Assembly (NCBI GenBank): GCA_963706325.1
Contig: CAVPLT010000004.1
Coordinates: forward strand, 1,072,031 to 1,136,030
Length of the DNA: 64,000 nucleotides
Source of the DNA: an uncultured Nitrospiraceae bacterium
GTDB lineage: Bacteria; Nitrospirota; Nitrospiria; Nitrospirales; Nitrospiraceae
Direction of reading: 5' to 3'
Below, one piece after another: positions 50,216 through 63,032 of the stretch. Made by a program: the position numbers and the translations under genes. A model generated the notes under the pieces. That model made no database searches. It worked only from the letters and a program-made list of their open reading frames with translations, and was not told where the DNA came from. Numbering within the stretch: position 1 is the first letter of the stretch; each line of letters starts with the position of its first letter.

Positions 50216-50947
50216 TCAGGCGACCGTGCCCTCGAGCAGCGCCGGCTGCTGCGAGGTCGGCACGCCACCGGCGGCCTCGTCGGTCACGACCAGCGCCGTG
50301 AGGCCGCCGTCGACCGTGAACGGCTCGACCGCCGGCCGGTGGCCGAGCACGCCGAGGGAGATGACCTGGTCATCGATGACGCCCCACAGCTGGTACGTGC
50401 GGTCGGGGCCGAGGTCGGCCAGCTCGCGCAGGGAGATCACCCCCAGGCCGCCGGGCTCGACGACGGCCACGGCCCGCTGGGTCCCGTCCTCGCCCTTCAG
50501 CACCACGCGAGTGGCGTCCGGATCGGCCATCGCGTGGTCGAAGACCTGGGCCATGCTGTCGAGCTCGCTGCGCGACGAGCGAGGGCTCGCGCGACGGCGA
50601 CCACGGTGATGACGACGGCCGCGGCAGCCGCGGCGACCCGCCGCGCCGACGACCGCCGCCGTGGGCCAGCGCCGCCGGCGGGCCGGCAGCACCTTGGCCA
50701 GCTCGGGGCCGGGCGCCGGCGCTCGCTCCTCGATCGAGCCGGCGATCCGGTCCCACAGCCCCTCGGGGGCGGGGGCGCCGCTGAAGGCCAGCAGCGTGGC
50801 CACCTCGCGGTGCTGTCGACCTCGGCCCGGGCCCGCGGGTTGTCGTCGAGGTACTCCTCGACCCTCGGCGCTCGTCGTCGTCGACGGCGTCGAGGGCGTA
50901 GGCGCCGAGCAGCTCCTCGATCTCGTCGGGGCGTCAGCGTCGCTCAC
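50216..50947 (-). CDS. RskA-like anti-sigma factor (frameshifted)
   Basis: APEGLWDRI, a TM segment, [23 protein letters not shown] overlap with the sigma gene. Confidence 0.75.
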   Translation of the reverse strand: MSDADAPTRSRSCSAPTPSTPSTTTSAEGRGVPRRQPAGPGRGRQHREVATLLAFSGAPAPEGLWDRIAGSIEERAPAPGPELAKVLPARRRRWPTAAVVGAAGRRGCRGRRHHRGRRRASPRSSRSELDSMAQVFDHAMADPDATRVVLKGEDGTQRAVAVVEPGGLGVISLRELADLGPDRTYQLWGVIDDQVISLGVLGHRPAVEPFTVDGGLTALVVTDEAAGGVPTSQQPALLEGTVA

Positions 50948-51525
50948 GCCTCTACCCACCGTGATGCCGACGGCGGCCAGCTCACCGCGCAGCCGCTTCA
51001 GCCCGGCGCGGATGCGGCTCTTGACCGTGCCCTCGGGCTCGCCGAGCCGCGCCGCCACCTCGCGGTAGGTGTGGCCGCCGAAGTAGGCCAGCTCGATCGC
51101 CACCGCGCTCGCGCGGCGGGCAGCGTCCATCGACTGCGCGGACCTGCTCGGCCGTGGCCAGGTCCCACACCTCGTGCTCGAGGTCGTAGCCGCGCCTCGG
51201 CCGTGCGCCGGGCGTCGCGCTCCTCCGCGGGCCGGCGGGCGCCCTCCGAGCGGAGCAGGTCGACGGCGCGACCGTGGGTCTGGGCGAGGAGGTAGCTGCG
51301 CAGCGTGCCCCGGGCGGGGTCGAACCGCTCCGGGTCGTTCCACAGCCGCAGGAACACCTCCTGCACCACCTCCTCGGCCAGGGCCTGGTCGGTCAGCAGG
51401 CGCCGGGCCAGCCCGAAGACGGCGCCGGCGTGGCGGCGGTAGGCCTCGGCCAGCGCCTCCTGGCGGTAGCGCCCGATGGCGACCACGAGCGCCGCATCGG
51501 AGACGTCGCGAACGCTCGCGCACAC
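50944..51525 (-). CDS. ECF sigma factor (SigK-like, frameshifted)
   Basis: [32 protein letters not shown]...[15 protein letters not shown]. Start approximate. Confidence 0.85.
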
Positions 51526-51607
51526 CGGTCGTACGACGCGACGTCCGGATGGTCCGCGTCCGCCGGATCACGCCCGGCCCAGGACGGCAGTCACGCCCGG
51601 CCGACGG

Positions 51608-52767
51608 TCACGCTGCACCACCTCGACGTGCGGGGTCTGCGGGAACAGGTCGACGAGCGTCGACTGGACGTGGCGGTAGCCGTGGCCGTCCAAGCAGCGC
51701 GGCGTCGCGGGCCAGCGAGGCCGGATCGCAGCTGACGAGCACGAGGCGGGCCGCGCCGGTCGCGGCCAGCGCGTCGGCCGCGGCCGCGCCGAGGCCGGCC
51801 GCGGCGGGTCGGCGATCACGAGCGCCGGCCGGCTCCGGGCGCCAGCGGGCCACGTCGACGCGGACGACCGTGGCGTCCCGGTCCGCCAGGTTGCCGGGCG
51901 TCGCGGCACGAGGAGGCCGAGCTCTCGACCGCGACGACCCGCCCCGTCACGGGCAGGCACGCCGGCGAACAGCCCGACGCCGGCGTAGGCGTCGACGACC
52001 GTCCCGCCGACCGACGTCGTCGCCGGCCGCCTGCGCCACGGCGGCGACGAGCGCCTCGGCGCCGTCGGGGCGGGTCTGGAAGAACGAGCGGGCCGAGACG
52101 CGCAACGGCCGGCCGGCGACCTCCTCGGTCAGCCACGCGTCCGGTCGCGACGCACGTCGGCGGGAGGTCGGCGGCGGCCGCGGCGTCCTCGGGGACGACC
52201 AGGACCGAGCCGCTCGCCGGTCGCGACGCCGCAGCGCAGCGTCACCTCGTCGGCACCCGGGAAGCGGGCCTCGGCGATGAGCTCGGCCAAGGCCGGGTGG
52301 GCGACGAGGCAGTCGTCGACCGGGACGACGTCGTGCGAGCGCAGCCCGGAAGCCGGCCCGACCGTCGGTGACCGCCAGCCGCACGGTGGTGCGGAAGCCC
52401 CGGTGGGCAGCTCCGGGCCGTCCACGACGACCGCTCCGGCCACGCCGCCGGTGCGGGTCAGCGCCTCCTCGACGATCCGCCGCTTCAGCGCCCGCTGCTC
52501 CGCGGGCTCGATGTGCTGCCACCCGCAGCCGCCGCAGCCCGCGGCGACGTACGGGCACGGCGGCTCGACCCGACCGGGCGACGCGTCGACCACCCGCTCG
52601 ACGACGGCTCGGGCGTAGTCCCGCTCCTCGACCATCCGGGCCACGACCAGCTCGCCCGGCAGCGCGCCGCGGACGAACACCACCCGGCCCGACGCCTCCC
52701 GGGCGATGGCGTCGCCGCCGGCCGCCATCGCCGTGGGCCGCAGCTCGATCAGCTCGGGCCCGGTCAT
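51608..52767 (-). CDS. TRAM-domain 23S rRNA m5U methyltransferase (RlmD/TrmA family, frameshifted)
   Basis: VFVRGALPGE, PPCPY...CGGCGWQH, SFFQ, LVSCDPASLARD, DLFPQTPHVEVV. Confidence 0.85.
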
Positions 52768-52804
52768 CGTGGAACCGTACGGGTCGTGGGCTACCGTCGA
52801 TCCC

Positions 52805-53514
52805 GTGGCTGATCGGGCCGCTCCCCGCATCCAGATCGCTCCCGTCGGTCCTCCCGGCCGACTTCGCCCGCCTCGGCGAGGAGGTCGCCGCCCTCGAGGC
52901 CGCCGGCGTCGATCGCATCCAGTGGGACGTGATGGACGGCCAGTTCGTCCCCAACATCACGTTCGGCCCCGACGTCATCGCGGCGGCCCGCCGCCACACC
53001 TCCCTGCCGTTCGAGGCCCACCTCATGATCCTGCACGCCGGAGCTGCTGGCCGCGGAGTTCGTGGAGGCCGGCTGCGAGCGGCTGATCGTCCACGCCGAG
53101 TCGGTCGACCCACCTCCACCGCACGCCTGGACCTCGTCCGCTCGCTCGGCGCGACGCCGGCGTGGCCATCGCCCCGGCCACCCCGGCCATCGCCGTCGCG
53201 CTACGTGCTCGACCTGGTCGACATGGTGCTGGTCATGACGGTGAACCCCGGCTTCGGCGGCCAGGACTACCTGGCCACCATGGAGCCGAAGATCGCCGAG
53301 GTCCGGGGCATGATCGCAGGCGTCGGGCTTCGACGTCGACGTCGAGGTCGACGGCGGCATCAGCGCCAAGACGGTGGCCGGCGGCGGCGGCGGCCGGGGC
53401 CAACGTGCTGGTGGCGGGCAGCGCGCTGTTCCACCATCCCGACGGCCTCGGGCCACGCCGTGGCCGAGCTCCGCGACGCTGGCCGAGGCGGCCTTCCCCT
53501 GGCTGGACGCCTGA
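52805..53514 (+). CDS. rpe: Ribulose-phosphate 3-epimerase (frameshifted)
   Basis: PSVLPADFARL, DVMDGQFVPNITFG, EAHLMI, MTVNPGFGGQ, VAGSALF. Confidence 0.9.
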
Positions 53515-53750
53515 CGGCTCCCCACCGCCGCGCGCTGCCCGCCGCCGGCGCTGCCGCCGGCCGAGGCGCGCCGGCCGACCGGGCCGCCGGCCGACCAGGC
53601 CGCCCGACCGGCACCCGCCGGACCGGGTCGATCCGCGACACCCTCCGAGGCAGGCACGAATGTGCCGAGGAAGCGGGGGCGCTCCGTGACAACCTCGGCC
53701 TGAGCGGCGGGCCGGCGCTGGGTGACGCACCCCCTGCGTACCATCGCCCG

Positions 53751-56700
53751 ATGGCGTTCGACCTGGTGCGCACGACGTACGGGCCCGCCGCGCTCGACGC
53801 GCTGGCGGCCGCCGTGGCGCGCGCCAAGGGGGACGAGCCCCTCCGGCCGGTCACCGTGGTCGTCCCGTCCAACTACGCCGGCGTGGCCGCTCGCCGGGCG
53901 CTGGCCCGCCGCCACGGCGTGATCGGCGTGGGGTTCGTGACCCTGTACCGGCTGGCCGAGCTGCTCGCCGGGCCGACGCTGGCACGGTCCGGCCGGGTGC
54001 CCGTCTCCTCGTCCGGTCGTGGCGACGGCGTTCCGGGCCGCCCTGGCGCGAGGACCCGGGGCTGTTCGGGCCCGTCGCGCGACCAGCCCGTCGACCGTGG
54101 AGGCGCTGCGGCGGGTCCACCGCGAGCTGCGGGACCTGGACGACCTGCAGCGCCGTCGCCTCGGCCCAGAGCGACGCCCGGGCCGCGGCGGTGGTGGCGA
54201 TCGACGAGCGGGTCACCGAGCGGCTCGCAGACCCGCTGGCACGACGAGACCGACCTGATGGTGACCGCGGCCGCGCTCGTCCGGGGTGGCGACGCCGTGG
54301 TCGACGTCGGCCCGCTCGTCGTCCACCTGCCGCAGCAGATCTCGAGCTCGGCGGCGCGGCTGCTCCAGGCCGTGGCCGCGCACGCGCCGGTCACGGTGAT
54401 CGCCGGGCTGACCGGGCGGGCCGACGCACCCGTGGAGCGTCTCCTCGGGCGGCTCGACCTGGCCGGGGAGCCGCCCGCTCCGCCCACGCCGGCCGGCCTC
54501 AGCCCCGAACCGTTCGTCGAGCTGACGGTCGCCGCGGACGAGGACGACGAGGTCCGCACCGCTCTTCGCCGCGTCGTCGAGGCGGCCGAGGCCGGCGTCG
54601 CCCTGGAGCGCATCGCCATCGTCCACGCGCCACGGGCTCCGTACGGCCGGCTGCTCTCCGAGCACCTGACCGCGGCCCGGCTGCCCTGGAACGGGATCAC
54701 CGCGTCGTCGGTGACGGAGCGCGTGGCCGGCCGCACGCTGCTCGGTCTGCTCGATCTGGACGCCACGGCGCTCCGCCGGCGGGACGTGTTCGCGCTGCTG
54801 GCCTCGGTGCCCCCGTCGCGTCGCCGGCCGGTGGCGGCGCTGGGAGCGGCAGGCCCGGCGGGCCCGGCGTGGTGAACGGCCGGCAGCCAGTGGGACGAGC
54901 GGCTGGCGGCGAGAGCGGCGGATCAGCGTCGCCAAGCGGACGCCGGTGGCGACGCGGAGGCCTGGCGGTACGAGGAGGCCGAGCGGGCCGACGAGCTGCG
55001 TGCCTTCGTCGCGGACCTGGCCGAGCGGCTCGAGCCGCCGACGCAGCCGACGTGGGCCGCGCACGCCCGGTGGGCCGGCCGCCTGCTGGAGCTCGTCATC
55101 GGCGGGCCCGTGCAGCAGGCGCGGTGGAGCCCCGAGGAGCGAGCGCGCCGTCGAGCGGGTCGAGCGGGTGCTCGACCGCCTGGCCCGCCTCGACGGTGTG
55201 GCCGACGACGTCGAGGGCCACGGTGTCGATCGGTCCGTGTTCCGGGCCGCGCTCGACGCCGAGCTGGCCGACGGCCCGGCCACCGTCGGACGCCTCGGCG
55301 AGGGGATCTTCGTCGGCCCGATCCCGCTCGCGGTGGGGATCGACGCCGACCTGGTCATCGTCCTCGGCCTGGTCGAGGGCGGCCTGCCCGGCGGGCTGGG
55401 CGACGACCCGCTGCTCTCCGACCGCACCCGCCGCACGCTCGACGGCGCGCTCACCACCGCGGCCGAGCGCCGCGAGGGCCTCCACCACCAGCTCCTGGCC
55501 GTCGCCGGCGCCGCCCAGCGGTACCGTCGTGGCCAGCCGTGCCGCTCGCCGACCTGCGCACCGGGAGCACCCGCTACGCGCTCGCGCTGGCTGGGCGGGT
55601 TGGAGCGGGCGGCCCCGGCCCGCACCGTCCGCCACACGTCGTTCCACGACGGCCTCGCGCGACGGCCTGCCTCCCGCCAGCGAGCAGGAGGCCGGCCTGA
55701 CCGACCTGCAGCGGACGCGCTCCAGCGGGCACGCGCTCGATGTCGCACCCACTGTCCCGCGGCGACCAGGCCCTCCATCGGGCGCTTGACGCTGATGGAA
55801 GCCCGGGCCAGCGACCAGCTGACCGCGTTCGACGGGAACCTGGCCTCCCTCGCTGCCGCGGGCGTCGACCTCGCACCGCGCCAGCCGGTCGCCCCGACCG
55901 CGCTCGAGGCCTGGGCCCGCTGCCCGTTCAGCTACTTCGTCCGGCACGTGCTCGGCGTCCGGGAGCGTCGATGCGCTGCAGGAGGAGCTGTCCCTCCGCC
56001 CGGCCGACCGCGGCGTCCTCGTGCACGCCGTGCTGGAGTCCGTGGTCGGCGAGCTGATCCGCTCGGGCGACGTGCCGGAGCCGGACCAGCCGTGGTCGGT
56101 GCCGGCCCTCGGCCGGCTGGCGGCCGAGCTCGACGCTCGATGCGAGGCGACCGAGTCGGAGGGCGAGGTCGGCCCGGCCCTGCACTGGCAGCTCGAGCAG
56201 CGGCGGCTCCGGCGGCGGCTGGACGGCTTCGTCGAGCTCGACCTCGCCGGCACGCGCGGAGCACGGGGTGCGCCCGGCGGCGACCGAGCTCCCGTTCGGC
56301 ACGGACCGATCCTTCGCCGTCGCCCTGCCGGACGGCCGGGCCTGGCCCTGCACGGCACGATCGACCGCGTCGACGCCGGGCCACATCGGTTGGCCGTCAT
56401 CGACTACAAGACCGGCCAGGCCCGGTCCAGCCAGACGAGACCCGTTCGTCGGCGGCGACCTCCGTCTGCAGCTCCCCATCTACGCCCTCGCCGACCGCGA
56501 CCTCCTCGGGCGGCCGGACGACGACGTGGTGGCCGAGTACTGGCACCTCCACGACCAGCACGACCGGCGCAAGCGCCTGCCCGTCGACGTCGACCCGCCG
56601 ACCCTGGCGCCGCCTGTCCGAGGTCCTCGCCGCCATCGTCGACGGCATCGCCGCCGGGCTGTTCGTGCCCCACCCGGACGAGCCCGACCCCTGGCGGCGC

Positions 56701-56867
56701 GCCCGCTGCGCCTACTGCGATCCCGACGGCGCCGACACCGCGACGCTGTGGGGGCAGTGGCAGCACAAGCGCCGGGATCCCGTGCTCGACGGCTACCGGC
56801 GGCTGGTCGATGACGTGGACGACGACGACGGCCGGCGAGCCGGAGCGACGACGGAGCCGCGCCATGA
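53751..56867 (+). CDS. AddB-like subunit: inactive helicase fold + PD-(D/E)XK nuclease (frameshifted)
   Basis: PVTVVVPSN, APTALEAWARCPFSYF, HGTIDRVD...VIDYKTG, LQLPIYA, CAYC. ATGA overlap with the next gene. Confidence 0.75.
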
Positions 56868-59800
56868 GCGACGCCGCCCGCCTCGCCGACGAGGACGCAC
56901 ACGACAGCATCGCCCACGACCTCGGATCCACCCTGTTCGTGTCGGCCGGCGCGGGCTCCGGCAAGACCACCGAGCTGGTCCGCCGCGTCGTCGCGCTCGT
57001 GAGCGCAGGCACGGCCATCGAGTCGATCGCCGCCATCACCTTCACGGAGAAGGCGGCCGACGAGCTGCGCCAGCGGGTCCGCTTGGCCCTGCTCGAGCAG
57101 GCCGCCGACGACGGCGACGGCTGGTGCAGGAGCGCTGCCGCACCGCGCTCGACGACCTCGACCAAGCCGCCCTGTGCACGCTGCACGCGTTCGCACAGCG
57201 CATCCTGACCGCCTACCCGGTCGAGGCCGGGCTGCCCCCGGCGCTGTCGGTGCTGGACGAGATCGCCTCGGAGCTCGACTTCGACCAGCGCTTCCGGGCC
57301 TTCTACTCGGAGCTCCTGGGCCGCCCCGAGCTGGAGCGCACGGTCGTCCTGGCGTTGGAGCTCGGCATCACCGACGCCCAGCTGCGGACGGTGGCCGAGC
57401 AGCTCGACGACAACTGGGACCGCGTGCAGCGTCCCGACGGACCTCGTCCGGAGCCTCCGGCCCTCGACCTCCGGCCGCTCGTGGACGCCGGGCGGGAGCT
57501 GCTCGCGGCCAGCCTCGGGCTGGGGGTGACCGACAGGCTGGCTGTCTACCTGCAGGGCTGGTTGCCGGGCTGGCTCGAGGAGGTGGACGACCTGGCCGGG
57601 CCGGGCGTCGACGCGGTCGACGTCCTCGACGTGCTGCTCCACACCGAGCCACCCAAGACGGGCGGCCTCGGCGGCGGCGGCTGGGCGACGACCGGCTACG
57701 GCAGCGCGACGGCCGCCCGCGCCGCGGCGAAGGGCCTGGTCGACCGCACGCTCGAGGGCAGCGCCCTGGCGCACGACGTTCGACCCGGTGATCGAGGCCG
57801 TCCTCGGCCGTCTCGGCGACGAGCTGGCCAGCTTCACCGTGGCCGAGGCGGAGCACCGCCGCCGGGACGGGCGCCTCGCCTTCCACGACCTCCTCGTCCT
57901 GGCCCGCGACATGCTCCGCCACCCGCCTCGGGGACGGGTCCGCGGCGCTGCTGCGCAGCGCTACAGCCGGCTCCTGCTCGACGAGTTCCAGGACACCGAC
58001 CCCATCCAGGTCGAGATCGCGTCGCTCCTCGCCGCCGATCCGACGGCACCGGCCGTGGCCGGCCACCTCCCACCGCTGCCCGGTCGGCTCTTCTTCGTCG
58101 GCGACCCGAAGCAGTCGATCTACCGCTTCCGTCGGGCCGACATCGCCACCTTCCTGCGCACGCCCAGCCGTCACCGACCAGCCGGTGCACCTCACCGCCA
58201 ACTTCCGCAACGCCAGCCGGTGGTCGGCTGGATCAACGCCACCTTCGGCCGGCTCATCACGGCGACGGACGAGGGGATCTGCGCAGCCGGCCTACCAGCC
58301 GCTGCAGCCGGTCCGCCGCCCGAGCTCGCCGGCCCGCCCGTCTCGCCCTGGGCGAGCGAGCACGCCGACAAGCCCCTGGCCGGCGAGCTCCGCGCCCGTG
58401 AGGTCCGCGACGTCGTACCTCGATCAGGGAGGCATCCTGGCCGGCTGGGAGGTGAGCGACGACGAGGGTCCGCCCGCCCGGCCCGGCCCGCCGACATCGC
58501 CATCCTCATCCCGGGCCGGACCGTGCTCGATGCCCTCGAGGACGCGCTCGGGCGCCGACATCCCCTACCGCACCGAGAGCAGCTCGCTGGCCTACGCCAG
58601 CCGGGAGGTGCGGGACCTGCTGCTGGCGCTCCGGGCCGTCGACGACGCGACCGACGAGCTGGCGCTGGTGAGCACCCTGCGCTCGGCGCTGTTCGGGTGC
58701 ACCGACGTCGACCTGTACCGGTGGCGGGCGAGCGGGGCGGCCGCTGGAACCTCGTGGGGGGCCACCGCCCCGAGCCGGAGGCCGACGACCCCGTCCACGA
58801 CGCCATGACCTACCTCGGGCGCGCGTCGGCCGGCGGCACTGGACTGCGCCGGCCGACCTGCTCGATCGCCTCGTCCGCGACCGGCGGGTCCTGGAGGGTG
58901 GCCGGACCGTCGCCGCTCGACGTGTGGCGCCGGGTGCGCTACCTGCTCGAGCAGGCCCGGGCCTGGCGTGAGGCCGGGGGCGGCTCCCTCCGCGACTACG
59001 TGGCGTGGACCCGCCGCCAGACCGGGCCACCGGCCGCGTCGCCGAGTCCGTGCTCGAGGACGGCGAGGCGGTGGAGGACGGGCCGGCGGGGGCGACGACC
59101 CGAGGCGGTCGGGCGACGACGCGGTGCGGATCATGACGATCCACGCCGCGAAGGGCCTGGAGTTCCCGATCATGGTGGTGTGCGGCTCACCACCCCGCCC
59201 GGCGGGCGCGCCGCGGCGTCGAGGTGCTTCGGCCCCGACGGCGAGACGATCCTCCGCCTCAGCCCGACCTTCGTCACCCGGGAGTACGAGGCCACCAAGG
59301 CGCTCGACGAGCAGCTCGACGAGTACGAGCGGCGCCGGCTGCTCTACGTCGCCTGCACCCGGGCGAGAGATCACCTGGTCGTGTCCCTCCACCGCGACGG
59401 CCGCCGGAACGGCGCGCAGCTCCTGGCCGAGCTGCGTCACCGGACCAGGCGCGACCTCGCCGAGCTGGCCGGTGAGGAGGGTCGCGGCATCGCTCGCCGT
59501 CGCCCCACCTCCGCGGCCGACCGGCCCGCCGGGCGCCGCGGCCCGAGCCGACCGCACCGACCTCGCGGCGCGGCGGGCGCAGCGGAGACCCGGATCGCCA
59601 CCGCCCGGCGTCCCGGGCTCGCTCCGGCCACCGGACTGGCCGCGCTGGCGCTGGCCGGCCGGGCCGGCCCGCACCGGCAGGACGACGACCGCTTCGAGGA
59701 CCTCGCCGGCGCGCCCGCCCCGGACGACGCCGAGCCCGGCCTGGCCAAGCGGCGGCGTCGACCTCGACCAGCCGCCCTGGCAGAAGGGCCGCTACGGCAC

Positions 59801-60411
59801 CGCCATCGGCCGGGCCGTCCACGCCGTGCTCCAGACGGTCGACCTGACCACCGGCGCCGGCCTCGACCACGCCGCCGCGGCCCAGGCCGCAGCCGAGGGC
59901 ATCGAGCGGCGAGCAGGAGCGCATCGCCGCCCTGGCCCGCTCGGCCCTCACCGCACCGTCGGTGGTCGCGGCCGCGGCGCCGGGCTGCTGGCGGGAGGTC
60001 TTCGTGGGCCCGCCCTTCGACGGCACGACGCTCGAGGGCTACGTCGACCTGCTCTACCGCTCAGCAGAGGGCCTGGTCGTGGTCGACTACAAGACCGACC
60101 AGCTGGCCGGCGACGCCGAGCTCGACGGCAAGCTGGCGGTACCGGCTGCAGCTGGCGGCCTACGCGCTGGCGGTGCAGCGCGTCACCGGCGAGGAGGTCG
60201 TCGACGGCCGATGCTGGTGTTCTGCTCGACGCAGGGACCGGCGACGGAGCGTCCGGTTCCTGAGCTGGCGGCGGCGATGGCCGAGGTCGAAGTCCTCGTC
60301 GGCCTGCCTCGCAGCGACCATCCGGACGCCCCCGACGATGAGTCGGCCGGCCAGGCCCAGCTCTTCAACGACGCGGGCTACGGGCGGCTGGGCGGGGACG
60401 AGTCCGTGTAG
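56864..60411 (+). CDS. AddA/RecB-like UvrD helicase-nuclease (frameshifted)
   Basis: AGAGSGKTT, AITFTEKAADEL, LDEFQDTDPIQ, VGDPKQSIYRFR, MTIHAAKGLEFP, RLLYVACTRARD, GYVDLL...VDYKTD. Confidence 0.88.
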
Positions 60412-60429
60412 GGGTGCCGGCTCGAGACC

Positions 60430-61140
60430 GGACCGGTCCGCAGCACACGGTTCCCGCTGCTTGAGCGACACCAGCACCGTCAGCAGCCCCGCCGATGAGC
60501 GTCGGGACGAGGAAGGCGACGATCGACCTAGCCACTTGCCCGACAGGCCGCTGAGAGCAGACCGGTGTCGACCGTCGACCCGTCGAGGTTGGTGGTGTAC
60601 ACCGGGTCGTCGCTCGATGCAGGGGTCGTCGTCGGGCTGGTCGGGAAGGGGCGGACCTTGGACATGAGCACGTTGGTGGCCGGATCGACGGCGGCGCCAC
60701 CACGTACTGACTGCCCTCCCTCACGAAGCCGGTGTCGTCGGGGTACTCGACGCTCACCCGGGTGGCGGGGAGTCTCGCCCTGGCGGATCTGGGCGACGTC
60801 GAAGCGGGCGGTCGGTCCCGGCCGTGCCGATGACCGTGCCGACGAAGACCACCGATAGGGCAGGAGGTCCTTGCACTCGGGCGGGATCTTCGTCGTGGTC
60901 GTCGACAGGATCGAGGTGGTCTCGCCGGGGCGTTGGGCCACGGTGCGTTGGGATCGACCGGCTCGTTGGGGTCACGGCACCGTGTTGGGTCGACCGGTGG
61001 GACGGTGGTCGGCTCAGGCGTCTGCGCACCTACCGGCCCGGACAGAGGCCAGCGCGGGCGAGGCCAGCGAGACCGTCACGGCCAGCAGCGCCGCAACGCC
61101 GAGGACGCGTACGACGAGCCGCGGCACGGAGCAACCGTAG
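60430..61140 (-). CDS. Hypothetical exported/membrane protein (frameshifted, boundaries approximate)
   Basis: Thr/Pro-rich fragments across frames (TTTTKIPPECKD, VVFVGTV, VEYPDD) and a C-terminal hydrophobic stretch. Confidence 0.4.
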
Positions 61141-61207
61141 TCAAGGAGGTCCTCGGCGCTCCGTCGTGCCCCACGCCGGCCGCGCGACGCGAGGCCGGTC
61201 GGTGACC

Positions 61208-61994
61208 TCAGCGGCCCTCGAACTTCGGTTCGCGCTTCCCAGGAACGCGGCCATCGCCTCGGCGATGTCGGCCGTCCCGAAGTTCACCGTCTGGGCCCAG
61301 CCCTCGTCCTCGAGGGCCTGCTCCAGCGTGACGTCGAAGCAGTTGTTGAGCATCCGCTTGGTCTGGGCCAGGGCGATCGGCGGCCCGGCCGCCAGGCGCC
61401 TGCGCCCAGTCGTCGACGAAGGCGTCGAGCTGACCGGCGGGGACGACCCGGTTCACCAGCCCGATCGCCTCGGCCTCCTTGGCCGAGATGATGTCGGCGA
61501 AGAAGGCCAGCTCCTTGGCCCGGTGCAGGCCGACCAGCCGGGGCAGCAGCCACGAGCCGCCGAAGTCGATCGACAGCCCCCGGCGGGCGAAGATCTCGGA
61601 GAAGCGGGCCTCGTCGGAGGCGACGATGAGGTCGCAGCCGAGGGCCATGTTGGCAGCCCGCGCCCGCCGCGACGCCGCCGACCTTGGCGATCACCGGCTG
61701 TGGCAGGCGGTCCAGCGCGAGGCACACGTCGCCGACGTGGCGCATGGCGTGCCACTGGTGCGGGCGCTGCCCCCCGCCGTCGGCCCTGCCGCCGCTCAGG
61801 TCGGCGCCCGAGCAGAACGCCCCACCGGCGCCCGTGAGCACGACGACGCGGTCGTCGCGTGCCCGGCGATGTCCCGGAACGTCGCCAGCAGCTCGTCCCA
61901 CATCGCGTCGTTGATGGCGTTCTTCTTCTCCGGCCGGTTCGAGGGTGATGGTGACGATGCCACCTTCGACCCGCTTGACCTCGATCGTCTCCAT
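61208..61994 (-). CDS. Enoyl-CoA hydratase/isomerase family protein (frameshifted)
   Basis: LTGAGGAFCSGADL, PVIAKVGGVAAG, ALGCDLIVAS, DFGGSWLLPRLVG, KREPKFEGR. Confidence 0.88.
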
Positions 61995-62028
61995 GCGGCC
62001 GGACGATACTCGCGGGGCTGATCCCGCC

Positions 62029-62138
62029 ATGGGCTTCAACCCGTATCGCCGGTTCGCCGGCGCCGCTCGGACTACGTGCTCGTGGCCGTGGCCGTGCTGG
62101 TGGCGATCGTCCTCGTGCTGTGGGCCTTCTTCGGGTGA
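62029..62138 (+). CDS. Small single-TM protein (one frameshift)
   Basis: MGFNPYRRF then, in a shifted frame, RSDYVLVAVAVLVAIVLVLWAFFG*. Confidence 0.5.
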
Positions 62139-62355
62139 GCGGCTCGCCGGGCCGACCTCGGCGAGGTCGAGCGTCGCCGGAGGTCCAGCCCGTACGAGGC
62201 CACCAAGCGCTACTGGTGCCCGGGCTGCAACCAGGAGATCGCGCGGGCACCGGCCACGTGGTGGTCGTGCCCCTCGCCGCGCGCCGGACCTCCGCCGGCA
62301 CTGGCACCACGCCTGCTGGGACCCGCCGGCGTCGGCCGAGGCGGCCGTCGCATGA
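62135..62355 (+). CDS. Small conserved actinobacterial Cys/His (zinc-binding) protein (frameshifted)
   Basis: KRYWCPGCNQEI...GHVVVVP...RRHWHHACW across frames. Confidence 0.6.
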
Positions 62356-62700
62356 CGCTCGAGGACGCTGACCGCGCACCACCGCGGCCACGTCGAAGCG
62401 GACCTCCCGGCACGTCCGGCCCGGCGCTGGGCCAGCCACTCTCCGCCAGGCGGCGCAGGCGGGCCTGCTTGCTCGCCGTCACCGCCTCGAACGGGCGAGC
62501 CGAAGGCGGTCGCCCTTGCGCCTTGACCTCGCAGAACACGACGACGCCGGGCCCGGCCGACGACGAGGTCGAGCTCACCGGTGCGCGAACGCCAGTTGCG
62601 GGCCAGCACCTGGTACCCGTGGGCCTCGTACCAGCGCGCCACCTGGGTCTCGCCGAACGCCCCGGTGAGCCTGGTTCGCCCCGGCCGCTCGGACGTCCCC
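62340..62700 (-). CDS. yraN: YraN-family endonuclease (frameshifted, boundaries approximate)
   Basis: GAFGE, GYQVLARNWRSRTGELDLV, VVFCEVK, EAVTASKQARLRRLA, RFDVAAV. Confidence 0.8.
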
Positions 62701-62701
62701 G

Positions 62702-62995
62702 TCAGATCTCCTGCCGGGGGAGCTCCTCGACGTTGACGTCCTTGAACGTCACCACCCGCACGCTCGGCACGAACCGGCTCTTGCGGTACATGTCCCACAC
62801 CCAGGCGTCCGGGAGCTCGACCTCGACGATGGGACGGGCGCCGTCGGACACGACGTTCACGGACACCTCGTTGGCCAGGTAGAAGCGCCGCTCGGTCTCC
62901 ACGGCGTACCGGAACATGGCGGCGACGTCCTGGTACTCCTGGGCCAGCTGGAGCTCTCGGTCGGCCTCGTAGTTCTCGAGGTCCTCGGTGCTCAC
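62702..62995 (-). CDS. DUF2469 family protein
   Basis: MSTEDLENYE, VETERRFYLAN, DAWVWDMYR..RFV, VTFKDVNVEEL. Confidence 0.9.
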   Translation of the reverse strand: MSTEDLENYEADRELQLAQEYQDVAAMFRYAVETERRFYLANEVSVNVVSDGARPIVEVELPDAWVWDMYRKSRFVPSVRVVTFKDVNVEELPRQEI

Positions 62996-63032
62996 CAGGG
63001 CCGACGCCTAGGCGCGGCCCGGGCGGCCACGA

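Noticed and set aside
49184..60667. Very long Arg/Pro/Ala-rich ORFs in the track (e.g. 49184-51295, 52368-54875, 54946-58401, 57788-60667)
   Set aside because: These are shadow or frameshift-mosaic ORFs in stop-poor high-GC DNA; the real genes are recognised from motifs across frames.
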